A stretch of DNA of 64,000 bases, taken from the NCBI RefSeq assembly GCF_006345805.1, contig NC_043005.1:74524001-74588000 (forward strand). The letters run 5' to 3'. The DNA is from Octopus sinensis (taxonomy: Eukaryota). Under the pieces are notes generated by a model. That model was not told the origin of the DNA. It worked only from the letters and a program-made list of their open reading frames with translations, and searched no databases. Of the stretch, positions 12,605 to 24,883 are shown piece after piece (position 1 is the stretch's first letter; every line of letters starts with the position of its first letter). The position numbers and the translations under genes are program-made.

Positions 12605-15600
12605 ATATATATATATATATATACGAGGGCTTGTTTCAGTTTCCATCTACCAAATCCATTCACAAGGCTTTAGTCGGCCTGAAGCTGCAGTAGAAGACAC
12701 TTGCTCAAGGTGCCATGCAGTATATATTTTATTAATATTTAGCAGAAGCAACAGAATGACTCAAGGTCTGAAAGTTTTTTGCATTGGCATTATCAAACTA
12801 GCTACAGGTTGAAGGTTTGTGTGCTTATATAGCTGCTGATAAATAAAATATAATATTTCCCTATGGAATGTTCTAGAAGAAATTACAAAATGTCATGTGG
12901 ATAATTCAAAAGTTTGTACAATTAGGTCATTCAATAAGCAAATAGATAAATAAGAAAGAAACAAAGTAAAAAGAAAAAAAATATAGTGGCATCATACATG
13001 CATACACACATATACACACACATACCAAAACAAATCCCACAAAATTTGCACATATACATGAGAATGTGCACATGAATTAGGAGTATGGATTTGAGTATGG
13101 ACACACATATACATGCACACGCATGTACACATACATCATCATCGTTTAACATCCGTTTTCCATGCTAGCAAGGGTTGGACAGTTCGACCGGGGTCTGGGA
13201 AGCCAGGAGGCTGCACCAGGCTCCAGTCTGATTTGGCAGTGTTTCTACAGCTGGATGCCCTTCCTAACGCCAACCACTCCGTGAGTGTAGTGGTGCTTTT
13301 TACATGCCACCAGCACAGGTGCCAAGGGAGGCTGGGAACGGCCACGATTGGTTGGTGCTTTTTACGTGCCACCTATATATGTCAATGTGTATGTGCTTAT
13401 GTTTACCAGTCTAAACCCAATGCTGATGTTTCTGTTGCGTCTCTGTCTGTCACCTAACTTAGTGGCTTGAGAATTAGTCAAAATGAACGTCTAAAATCCT
13501 TGAGGGACATGACCCAGAATGGCCACAATCGAAAGACAGAAACCACTGCAAACAAGAACAAAAATGAAAGATGAGACAAAAGTCGTTTTTTTTAAAATTA
13601 CAGTCGTTGCCAGAGCAGCTAACTGGTTTCTGTGCTGATGGCATGTAAAAATGACCATTCGAGCGTGATCGTTACCAGTTCGCCTTACTGGAACTTGTGC
13701 TGGTGCCACGTGAAAAACATTCGAACGACGTCGTTGCCAGTGCCACTGGACTGGCTCCTGTGCAGGTGGCACGTAAAAAGCACCATTTGAGCGTGGCCGT
13801 TACCAGTACTGCCTATCTGGCCCTCGTGCCGGTGGCACGTAAAAGCACCCACTACACCCTCGGAGTGGTTGGCGTTAGGAAGGGCATCCAGCTGTAGAAG
13901 CTCTACCAGATTAGATTGGAGCCTGGTGCAGCCATCTGGTTCGCCAGTCCTCAGTCAAATCGTCCAAACTATGTTAGCATGGAAAGCGGATGTTAAACAA
14001 TGATGATGATGACAGTTAAAGGACTTCAAAGAGATTCCTGTAAAGACTTACCATCATAACAAGTGTGGTAGAGCCACCAATTAAACTGGCCTGTTACATG
14101 TCGGTTTTTGTTGTATGTGATCAGGTACTGAAGCAACGGATTATCAATCACAGAACCAATTTGAATTGGTAGCTACAAATAAAGATTAAAAAAGATAATT
14201 ATAAAATGCCCAAGAGTCACTTGCTGTTTTACAAAACATTGCAATTCTTAACTCTAACAAATGATCTCATGTTATACCACTTACATCTGATGAAAGTTTA
14301 CCTGTAATTATTATTAGATTGCTTTAGATCAGCATTCTTTAAATAAACTCAGGACACAAATAAACACTGTATTTCCCAGTGAATAAGACATGCTTTTTTA
14401 ACAAAAGAAATCTCTGAAAGAGTGACCCCAGGTTCTATATGGGCCTCTCATAAGCTAATTTTGTTCTTGATGCACGCTTTTTCTGAATATTCATAACTGA
14501 GATTAGGGTGTGTCAAATATGCTACTACATCTTTTATGACATCAAAAATGGTATTGTATCAGGTTGGAATGTAAGTTTTATCCAATTTTCTAGATGAAAT
14601 TTTAGATGACATTTATTAAAGTATTGTCTCTTGTTGTCAAGCACAGAATGAAACAACAAGTAATTTATATTTTCTTCTTTCAGGCTAAAAGAATATTGTT
14701 CACTCTTCTCCATGTTCACCCCACATTGTTTGTCCCACCAAAGAACATAGACGTGCTTCAGTCTGAGTTTCATAAGGCATCAATGCGAGTGCAGCAGTAA
14801 AATCCATTCAGAGCACTTATGGAGATGATGTAGTGAACCAAAGAAGTGGCAGGCGATGGTGTTCCTGTTTCTGAAGTGGAAATTTAGCTTATATAATAAG
14901 CCAAATGAGGACTGTCCAGAATATTTTGATTCCCAAGTGTTGGATGATGTTATCACAGCAAATTCTGCCCCTAGTGCTAGGGATCTCAAGAAATTTAAAG
15001 TAAGCCATACGACTATCCTACACAAACTGAAAAGAATTGGCTTATGATCCATCAGAAGTTATGAATAGGGATCACATATCTTAGGACTTTGTTATCCAGC
15101 ATAAAATAACCCCCACACATTATACATGTCTTACATTATTTATTGACTGTGTTATCTTTAAGAAACATTTGTTAATTACCTAAATCAGTGATTCTCACAT
15201 AAGGTTTATTTAATCAAAATGGGAAGGAAAATAAGGAAAAAAAGCTGCTCTTACTTGAATTTGATCGATATACCGAAGAAGGTCTTCAAATGTCAGTATC
15301 CTGTGGAATGAAACTGTTTCAGGAAAGTGGTCCTGCCTCACATATGAGAAGTTGGTACATAATCATTTATTGAAGATTGAACCTGAGGAATTAATTTACT
15401 CAGTTTGGCTTTCTTTCGAACCTGAAAGACAAGACAATGATATTATTTCACTTTAAGAGAGGTTGGGGTCCACCAAGGTTCAGTCCTCAGCCTCCTCCTA
15501 TTTATCATAGTCCTCCAAGCAATAATGGAGGAATTCAAGACAGATCCCCTGGGAGCTCCTCTATGCTGATGACCTTGCTCTAATTGCTGAGTCACTATCA

Positions 15601-18328
15601 GAACTTGAGGAGAAGTTTCAGTGAAAAGGACACAACTAAAGTTGTAACATTCCTCTTAAATATTTATGGCAGTGGATCTCAAGTGGGGTCCATATGAGAT
15701 TTTGTTCATGAAAAAAAATCATGTGAATTAATTGGTTATATTTCTATAATAACACAAAATATTTTAATATCTTTTATATAATTCCAAATAATATTTAATT
15801 ATAAAAATATAAATTGTTTTTAAACATAGAGAAACATTATAAAAATATATAAACATATTTTAAACAATAGGCGCAGGAGTGATTGTGTGGTAAGTAGCTT
15901 GCTTACCAACCACATGGTTCCGGGTTCAGTCCCACTGCGTGGTGCCTTGGGCCGACCAAAGCCTTGTGAGTGGATTTGGTAGAGGGAAACTGAAAGAAGC
16001 CCGTTGTATGTATGTATATACATATGTGTTTGTCCCCACCAACATCGCTTGACAACTGATGCTGGTGTGTTTACATCCCTATAACTTAGCGGTTCAGCAA
16101 AAGAGCCCAATAGAATAATTACAAGGCTTACAAAGAATAAGTCCTGGAGTCGATTTGCTCGACTAAAGGCGGTCCTCCAGCATGGCCACAGTCAAATGAC
16201 TGAAATAAGCAAAAGAGTAAATATATATACACACACACAACACACACATTAGATATACATTCATACAAGTGTTGCATATGCACATATATATCATCATCAT
16301 CGTTTAACGTCCGTTCTCCATGCTAGCATGGGTTGGACGGTTCGACCGGGGATCTGGGAAGCCAGAAGGCTGCACCAGGCTCCAGTCTTATCTGGCAATG
16401 TTTCTACAGCTAGATGCCCTTCCTAACGCCAACCACTCCGTGAGTGTAGTGGGTGCTTTTTATGTGCCACCTGCACAGGTGCCAGGCGAGGCTAGCAACG
16501 GCCACGGTCGGATTGGTGTATTTTACGTGCCACCGGCACGGAAGCCAGTCGAGACAGCGCTGGCATCGGCCACGAGTCGGATAGTGCTTTTTACGTACCA
16601 TCAGACCAGGGATCCTGGCTGGTTCAATTCGATTTCGATTCGATTTCGCTTGCCCCAACATGTCTTCGCAAGCAAAGAGGTTTGGCATGGGTGCCTGTCG
16701 TCGGATGAGGTTCTATATCGACTTCGCTTGCCTCAACAGGTCTTTGTGTCCAAGGGAGGAAAGGCATGCATAAGTGGGCTGGGCTCACTTGTCCTGCCTG
16801 GTCTTCTCACGTACAGCATATTTCCAAATATGCTATACACACAGGTTATATATACAGGTTATATATACATATACACATATATGCTGGCATGGCGCCATGT
16901 AATGTGTATGAATGAAGATGGTTGCATGAAAAGGTGTTGGTCTCTAATTATAGAGGGAACGTGTAAAAAGAGTAGACCCAGGAAGATGTGGGATAAAGTA
17001 GTGAGAAAGTATCTACGAACGTTGGGACTTACAGAAGGGATGACAGGGGAGTGAGACTCTAGGTTTGTTGCATTTGAAAAGACACATCAAGCTAAGTAAA
17101 AACGTGGTTGCCCTTGCATGCAGCTTGTCGCCTGCATCCCTCTCTAGTTGAGCATTCCAAACTTTGCAGTCTGGTAGGTGCTGGTGCCATGAAGAAAGTA
17201 CCCATATCGGTACCACATAATGCACCCATGCTGGTGCTGCTTTGTTTGTTTGTTTGTTGAGCGAAGCGTTCTTCGTCCCAGAGCTCGCAAGATCGCCCCT
17301 CAGGATTGTCTGTAGTCGGAGAAGTAAGAAACGTGGTCCTTTGCTATTCATAAGACCTGCAGAAGAGAAAGCAGGTCAACCCCCGACACCGAGAGAATCG
17401 ACGGATAGATGAATGCGCATCCAGGCTCAGCGGCTGCGTAGGAAGTCGGGGACAAGAAACAGGAAGAAAGAATGAGAGAAAGTTGGAGCAAAAGAGTACA
17501 ACAGGGGTCGCCACCACCCCTTGCCGGAGCCTCGTGGTGCTTTAGGTGTTTTCGCTCAATAAACACACACAACGCCCGGTCTGGGAATCGAAACCGCGAT
17601 CCTCCGACCGCAAGTCCGCTGCCCTAACCACTGGGCCCTTGCGCCTCCACTGCTGGTGCTGCTTAAAAGCACCCAGTACACTCTGTAATGTTAGGAAGGG
17701 TATCCAGCCATAGAAAGCATGCCAAACAGAGGTTAAATGATGATGATAGCAGAAGGCAATAATACAGTGAGACAAGACATGTGGGTAGGAGATGCACAGG
17801 TCGGGGGCAAGCAGAGAGCAATGATACAGTGGCACCGAGCCAAGAAGATAAGATCAGGGAGTAGGAAGTAATCATAGTACATGAAACAGAAATGTGAGGA
17901 AGAGATGTAAGTTCGCACAAGTTACTTTCTTTTAAAAAGTATTTGTTTTAAATCGAAGATTTATGTATGTGCTGAATATTAGCTCACTCCCTCCATCAAA
18001 TCGACATACTTGTACAGGTGCACAACATGCCACATGTCAGATGAGGAAATGCTTGCGGAGCAATGTGAAATGAAGTGTTTTGCTCAAGAATACAATGCCA
18101 TACTCTTTTACTCTTTTACATGTTTCAGTCATTTGACTGTGGCCATGCTGGAGCACCGCCTTTAGTCGCGCAAATCAACCCGGGACTTATTCTCTTGTAA
18201 GCCCAGTACTTATTCTATCGGTCTCTTTTGCCGAACCGCTAAGTAACGGGGACGTAAACACACCAGCATCAGTTGTCAAGCAATGCTAGGGGGACAAACA
18301 CAGACACACAAACACATATAACACATAC

Positions 18329-18359
<31 letters not shown>

Positions 18360-18532
18360 CGACAGGTTTCTTTCAGTTTCTGTCTACCAAATCCACTCAC
18401 AAGGCATTGGTCGGCCCGGGGCTATAGCAGAAGACACTTGCCCAAGATGCCACGCAGTGGGACTGAACCCGGAACCATGTGGTTGGTTAGCAAGCTACTT
18501 ATCACGCAGCCACTCCTGCACCATGTATATAT

Positions 18533-18582
<50 letters not shown>

Positions 18583-18848
18583 TATGTTGGTGCAAACAGG
18601 AAAAATATAACTCAAAACATGAGTATATTCTTTCACTCTTTTACTTGTTTTAGTCATTTGACTGTGGCCATGCTGAAGCACCATCTTTAGTCGAACACAT
18701 CAACCCCAAGACTTCTTTGTAAGTCTAGTACTTATTCTATCAGTATCTTTGGCTGAACTGCTAAGTTACAGGGGCGTAAACACACCAGCATCAGTTGATT
18801 GTTGGGGGACAAACACAGACACACAAATACATAAACACAGACATACAT

Positions 18849-18898
<50 letters not shown>

Positions 18899-21800
18899 GA
18901 GGGCTTGTTTCAGTTTCCATCTACCAAATCCATTCACAAGGCTTTAGTCGGCCTGAAGCTGCAGTAGAAGACACTTGCTCAAGGTGCCATGCAGTATATA
19001 TTTTATTAATATTTAGCAGAAGCAACAGAATGACTCAAGGTCTGAAAGTTTTTTGCATTGGCATTATCAAACTAGCTACAGGTTGAAGGTTTGTGTGCTT
19101 ATATAGCTGCTGATAAATAAAATATAATATTTCCCTATGGAATGTTCTAGAAGAAATTACAAAATGTCATGTGGATAATTCAAAAGTTTGTACAATTAGG
19201 TCATTCAATAAGCAAATAGATAAATAAGAAAGAAACAAAGTAAAAAGAAAAAAAATATAGTGGCATCATACATGCATACACACATATACACACACATACC
19301 AAAACAAATCCCACAAAATTTGCACATATACATGAGAATGTGCACATGAATTAGGAGTATGGATTTGAGTATGGACACACATATACATGCACACGCATGT
19401 ACACATACATCATCATCGTTTAACATCCGTTTTCCATGCTAGCAAGGGTTGGACAGTTCGACCGGGGTCTGGGAAGCCAGGAGGCTGCACCAGGCTCCAG
19501 TCTGATTTGGCAGTGTTTCTACAGCTGGATGCCCTTCCTAACGCCAACCACTCCGTGAGTGTAGTGGTGCTTTTTACATGCCACCAGCACAGGTGCCAAG
19601 GGAGGCTGGGAACGGCCACGATTGGTTGGTGCTTTTTACGTGCCACCTATATATGTCAATGTGTATGTGCTTATGTTTACCAGTCTAAACCCAATGCTGA
19701 TGTTTCTGTTGCGTCTCTGTCTGTCACCTAACTTAGTGGCTTGAGAATTAGTCAAAATGAACGTCTAAAATCCTTGAGGGACATGACCCAGAATGGCCAC
19801 AATCGAAAGACAGAAACCACTGCAAACAAGAACAAAAATGAAAGATGAGACAAAAGTCGTTTTTTTTAAAATTACAGTCGTTGCCAGAGCAGCTAACTGG
19901 TTTCTGTGCTGATGGCATGTAAAAATGACCATTCGAGCGTGATCGTTACCAGTTCGCCTTACTGGAACTTGTGCTGGTGCCACGTGAAAAACATTCGAAC
20001 GACGTCGTTGCCAGTGCCACTGGACTGGCTCCTATGCAGGTGGCACGTAAAAAGCACCATTTGAGCGTGGCCGTTACCAGTACTGCCTATCTGGCCCTCA
20101 TGCCGGTGGCACGTAAAAGCACCCACTACACCCTCGGAGTGGTTGGCGTTAGGAAGGGCATCCAGCTGTAGAAGCTCTACCAGATTAGATTGGAGCCTGG
20201 TGCAGCCATCTGGTTCGCCAGTCCTCAGTCAAATCGTCCAAACTATGTTAGCATGGAAAGCGGATGTTAAACAATGATGATGATGACAGTTAAAGGACTT
20301 CAAAGAGATTCCTGTAAAGACTTACCATCATAACAAGTGTGGTAGAGCCACCAATTAAACTGGCCTGTTACATGTCGGTTTTTGTTGTATGTGATCAGGT
20401 ACTGAAGCAACGGATTATCAATCACAGAACCAATTTGAATTGGTAGCTACAAATAAAGATTAAAAAAGATAATTATAAAATGCCCAAGAGTCACTTGCTG
20501 TTTTACAAAACATTGCAATTCTTAACTCTAACAAATGATCTCATGTTATACCACTTACATCTGATGAAAGTTTACCTGTAATTATTATTAGATTGCTTTA
20601 GATCAGCATTCTTTAAATAAACTCAGGACACAAATAAACACTGTATTTCCCAGTGAATAAGACATGCTTTTTTAACAAAAGAAATCTCTGAAAGAGTGAC
20701 CCCAGGTTCTATATGGGCCTCTCATAAGCTAATTTTGTTCTTGATGCACGCTTTTTCTGAATATTCATAACTGAGATTAGGGTGTGTCAAATATGCTACT
20801 ACATCTTTTATGACATCAAAAATGGTATTGTATCAGGTTGGAATGTAAGTTTTATCCAATTTTCTAGATGAAATTTTAGATGACATTTATTAAAGTATTG
20901 TCTCTTGTTGTCAAGCACAGAATGAAACAACAAGTAATTTATATTTTCTTCTTTCAGGCTAAAAGAATATTGTTCACTCTTCTCCATGTTCACCCCACAT
21001 TGTTTGTCCCACCAAAGAACATAGACGTGCTTCAGTCTGAGTTTCATAAGGCATCAATGCGAGTGCAGCAGTAAAATCCATTCAGAGCACTTATGGAGAT
21101 GATGTAGTGAACCAAAGAAGTGGCAGGCGATGGTGTTCCTGTTTCTGAAGTGGAAATTTAGCTTATATAATAAGCCAAATGAGGACTGTCCAGAATATTT
21201 TGATTCCCAAGTGTTGGATGATGTTATCACAGCAAATTCTGCCCCTAGTGCTAGGGATCTCAAGAAATTTAAAGTAAGCCATACGACTATCCTACACAAA
21301 CTGAAAAAAATTGGCTTATGATCCATCAGAAGTTATGAATAGGGATCACATCATATCTTAGGACTTTGTTATCCAGCATAAAATAACCCCCACACATTAT
21401 ACATGTCTTACATTATTTATTGACTGTGTTATCTTTAAGAAACATTTGTTAATTACCTAAATCAGTGATTCTCACATAAGGTTTATTTAATCAAAATGGG
21501 AAGGAAAATGAGGAAAAAAAGCTGCTCTTACTTGAATTTGATCGATATACCGAAGAAGGTCTTCAAATGTCAGTATCCTGTGGAATGAAACTGTTTCAGG
21601 AAAGTGGTCCTGCCTCACAATATGAGAAGTTGGTACATAATCATTTATTGAAGATTGAACCTGAGGAATTAATTTACTCAGTTTGGCTTTCTTTCGAACC
21701 TGAAAGACAAGACAATGATATTATTTCACTTTAAGAGAGGTTGGGGTCCACCAAGGTTCAGTCCTCAGCCTCCTCCTATTTATCATAGTCCTCCAAGCAA

Positions 21801-24642
21801 TAATGGAGGAATTCAAGACAGGATCCCCTGGGAGCTCCTCTATGCTGATGACCTTGCTCTAATTGCTGAGTCACTATCAGAACTTGAGGAGAAGTTTCAG
21901 TGAAAAGGACACAACTAAAGTTGTAACATTCCTCTTAAATTATTTATGGCAGTGGATCTCAAGTGGGGTCCATATGAGATTTTGTTCATGAAAAAAAATC
22001 ATGTGAATTAAATTGGTTATATTTCTATAATAACACAAAATATTTTAATATCTTTTATATAATTCCAAATAATATTTAATTATAAAAATATAAATTGTTT
22101 TTAAACATAGAGAAACATTATAAAAATATATAAACATATTTTAAACAATAGGCGCAGGAGTGATTGTGTGGTAAGTAGCTTGCTTACCAACCACATGGTT
22201 CCGGGTTCAGTCCCACTGCGTGGTGCCTTGGGCCGACCAAAGCCTTGTGAGTGGATTTGGTAGAGGGAAACTGAAAGAAGCCCGTTGTATGTATGTATAT
22301 ACATATGTGTTTGTCCCACCAACATCGCTTGACAACTGATGCTGGTGTGTTTACATCCCTATAACTTAGCGGTTCAGCAAAAGAGCCCAATAGAATAATT
22401 ACAAGGCTTACAAAGAATAAGTCCTGGAGTCGATTTGCTCGACTAAAGGCGGTCCTCCAGCATGGCCACAGTCAAATGACTGAAATAAGCAAAAGAGTAA
22501 ATATATATACACACACACAACACACACATTAGATATACATTCATACAAGTGTTGCATATGCACATATATATCATCATCATCGTTTAACGTCCGTTCTCCA
22601 TGCTAGCATGGGTTGGACGGTTCGACCGGGGATCTGGGAAGCCAGAAGGCTGCACCAGGCTCCAGTCTTATCTGGCAATGTTTCTACAGCTAGATGCCCT
22701 TCCTAACGCCAACCACTCCGTGAGTGTAGTGGGTGCTTTTTATGTGCCACCTGCACAGGTGCCAGGCGAGGCTAGCAACGGCCACGGTCGGATTGGTGTA
22801 TTTTACGTGCCACCGGCACGGAAGCCAGTCGAGACAGCGCTGGCATCGGCCACGAGTCGGATAGTGCTTTTTACGTACCATCAGACCAGGGACCCTGGCT
22901 GGTTCAATTCGATTTCGATTCGATTTCGCTTGCCCCAACATGTCTTCGCAAGCAAAGAGGTTTGGCATGGGTGCCTGTCGTCGGATGAGGTTCTATATCG
23001 ACTTCGCTTGCCTCAACAGGTCTTTGTGTCCAAGGGAGGAAAGGCATGCATAAGTGGGCTGGGCTCACTTGTCCTGCCTGGTCTTCTCATGTACAGCATA
23101 TTTCCAAATATGCTATACACACAGGTTATATATACAGGTTATATATACATATACACATATATGCTGGCATGGCGCCATGTAATGTGTATGAATGAAGATG
23201 GTTGCATGAAAAGGTGTTGGTCTCTAATTATAGAGGGAACATGTAAAAAGAGTAGACCCAGGAAGATGTGGGATAAAGTAGTGAGAAAGGATCTATGAAC
23301 GTTGGGACTTACAGAAGGGATGACAGGGGAGTGAGACTCTAGGTTTGTTGCACTTGAAAAGACACATCAAGCTAAGTAAAAACGTGGTTGCCCTTGCATG
23401 CAGCTTGTCGCCTGCATCCCTCTCTAGTTGAGCATTCCAAACTTTGCAGTCTGGTAGGTGCTGGTGCCATGAAGAAAGTACCCATATCGGTACCACATAA
23501 TGCACCCATGCTGGTGCTGCTTTGTTTGTTTGTTTGTTGAGCAAAGCGTTCTTCGTCCCAGAGCTCGCAAGATCGCCCCTCAGGATTGTCTGTAGTCGGA
23601 GAAGTAAGAAACGTGGTCCTTTGCTATTCATAAGACCTGCAGAAGAGAAAGCAGGTCAACCCCCGACACCGAGAGAATCGACGGATAGATGAATGCGCAT
23701 CCAGGCTCAGCGGCTGCGTAGGAAGTCGGGGACAAGAAACAGGAAGAAAGAATGAGAGAAAGTTGGAGCAAAAGAGTACAACAGGGGTCGCCACCACCCC
23801 TTGCCGGAGCCTCGTGGTGCTTTAGGTGTTTTCGCTCAATAAACACACACAACGCCCGGTCTGGGAATCGAAACCGCGATCCTCCGACCGCAAGTCCGCT
23901 GCCCTAACCACTGGGCCCTTGCGCCTCCACTGCTGGTGCTGCTTAAAAGCACCCAGTACACTCTGTAATGTTAGGAAGGGTATCCAGCCATAGAAAGCAT
24001 GCCAAACAGAGGTTAAATGATGATGATAGCAGAAGGCAATAATACAGTGAGACAAGACATGTGGGTAGGAGATGCACAGGTCGGGGGCAAGCAGAGAGCA
24101 ATGATACAGTGGCACCGAGCCAAGAAGATAAGATCAGGGAGTAGGAAGTAATCATAGTACATGAAACAGAAATGTGAGGAAGAGATGTAAGTTCGCACAA
24201 GTTACTTTCTTTTAAAAAGTATTTGTTTTAAATCGAAGATTTATGTATGTGCTGAATATTAGCTCACTCCCTCCATCAAATCGACATACTTGTACAGGTG
24301 CACAACATGCCACATGTCAGATGAGGAAATGCTTGCGGAGCAATGTGAAATGAAGTGTTTTGCTCAAGAATACAATGCCATACTCTTTTACTCTTTTACA
24401 TGTTTCAGTCATTTGACTGTGGCCATGCTGGAGCACCGCCTTTAGTCGCGCAAATCAACCCCGGGACTTATTCTCTTCTAAGCCCAGTACTTATTCTATT
24501 GGTCTCTTTTGCCGAACCGCTAAGTAACGGGGACGTAAACACACCAGCATCGGTTGTCAAGCAATACTAGGGGGACAAACACAGACACACAAACACATAC
24601 ATATATATACGACAGGCTTCTTTCAGTTTCCGTCTACCAAAT

Positions 24643-24681
<39 letters not shown>

Positions 24682-24848
24682 AGAAAAAAACTTACAGGAC
24701 TTTTAGCAGATTTGTATGCTAAATTCCTTAATTCCAATCCCCTTCGTAGCTGAACACCTTGGATTATCTTTTGCAATCTTTGGTTTGGTATTCTATAAAA
24801 ACACTGAAAAGTAGAATAGAGAGCAACACCACCAACAATAATAATAAT

Positions 24849-24883
<35 letters not shown>

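Larger units (their letters stand above)
11695..24242. repeat. Tandem duplication: unit 1 11695-17962 (6268 bp), unit 2 17963-24242 (6280 bp); a third copy of the first ~400 bp at 24243-24645
   Basis: The anchor atgtatgtgctgaatattagctc occurs at 11695, 17963 and 24243. ORF-track entries repeat with an offset of about 6.27-6.28 kb. Only scattered SNPs and small indels separate the units. Confidence 0.97.

Noticed and set aside
14321-14413. Exon-like segment with ctttcag acceptor and CAG|gtaaac donor (also in unit 2)
   Set aside because: All three frames hit stops, and the flanking CENP-I exons already join in frame
16320-17054. 244-aa ORF (and its 232-aa duplicate at 22600-23298)
   Set aside because: It reads through a family B repeat and an RTE-like LINE end; only the last ~50 aa resemble protein, and those are LINE-derived
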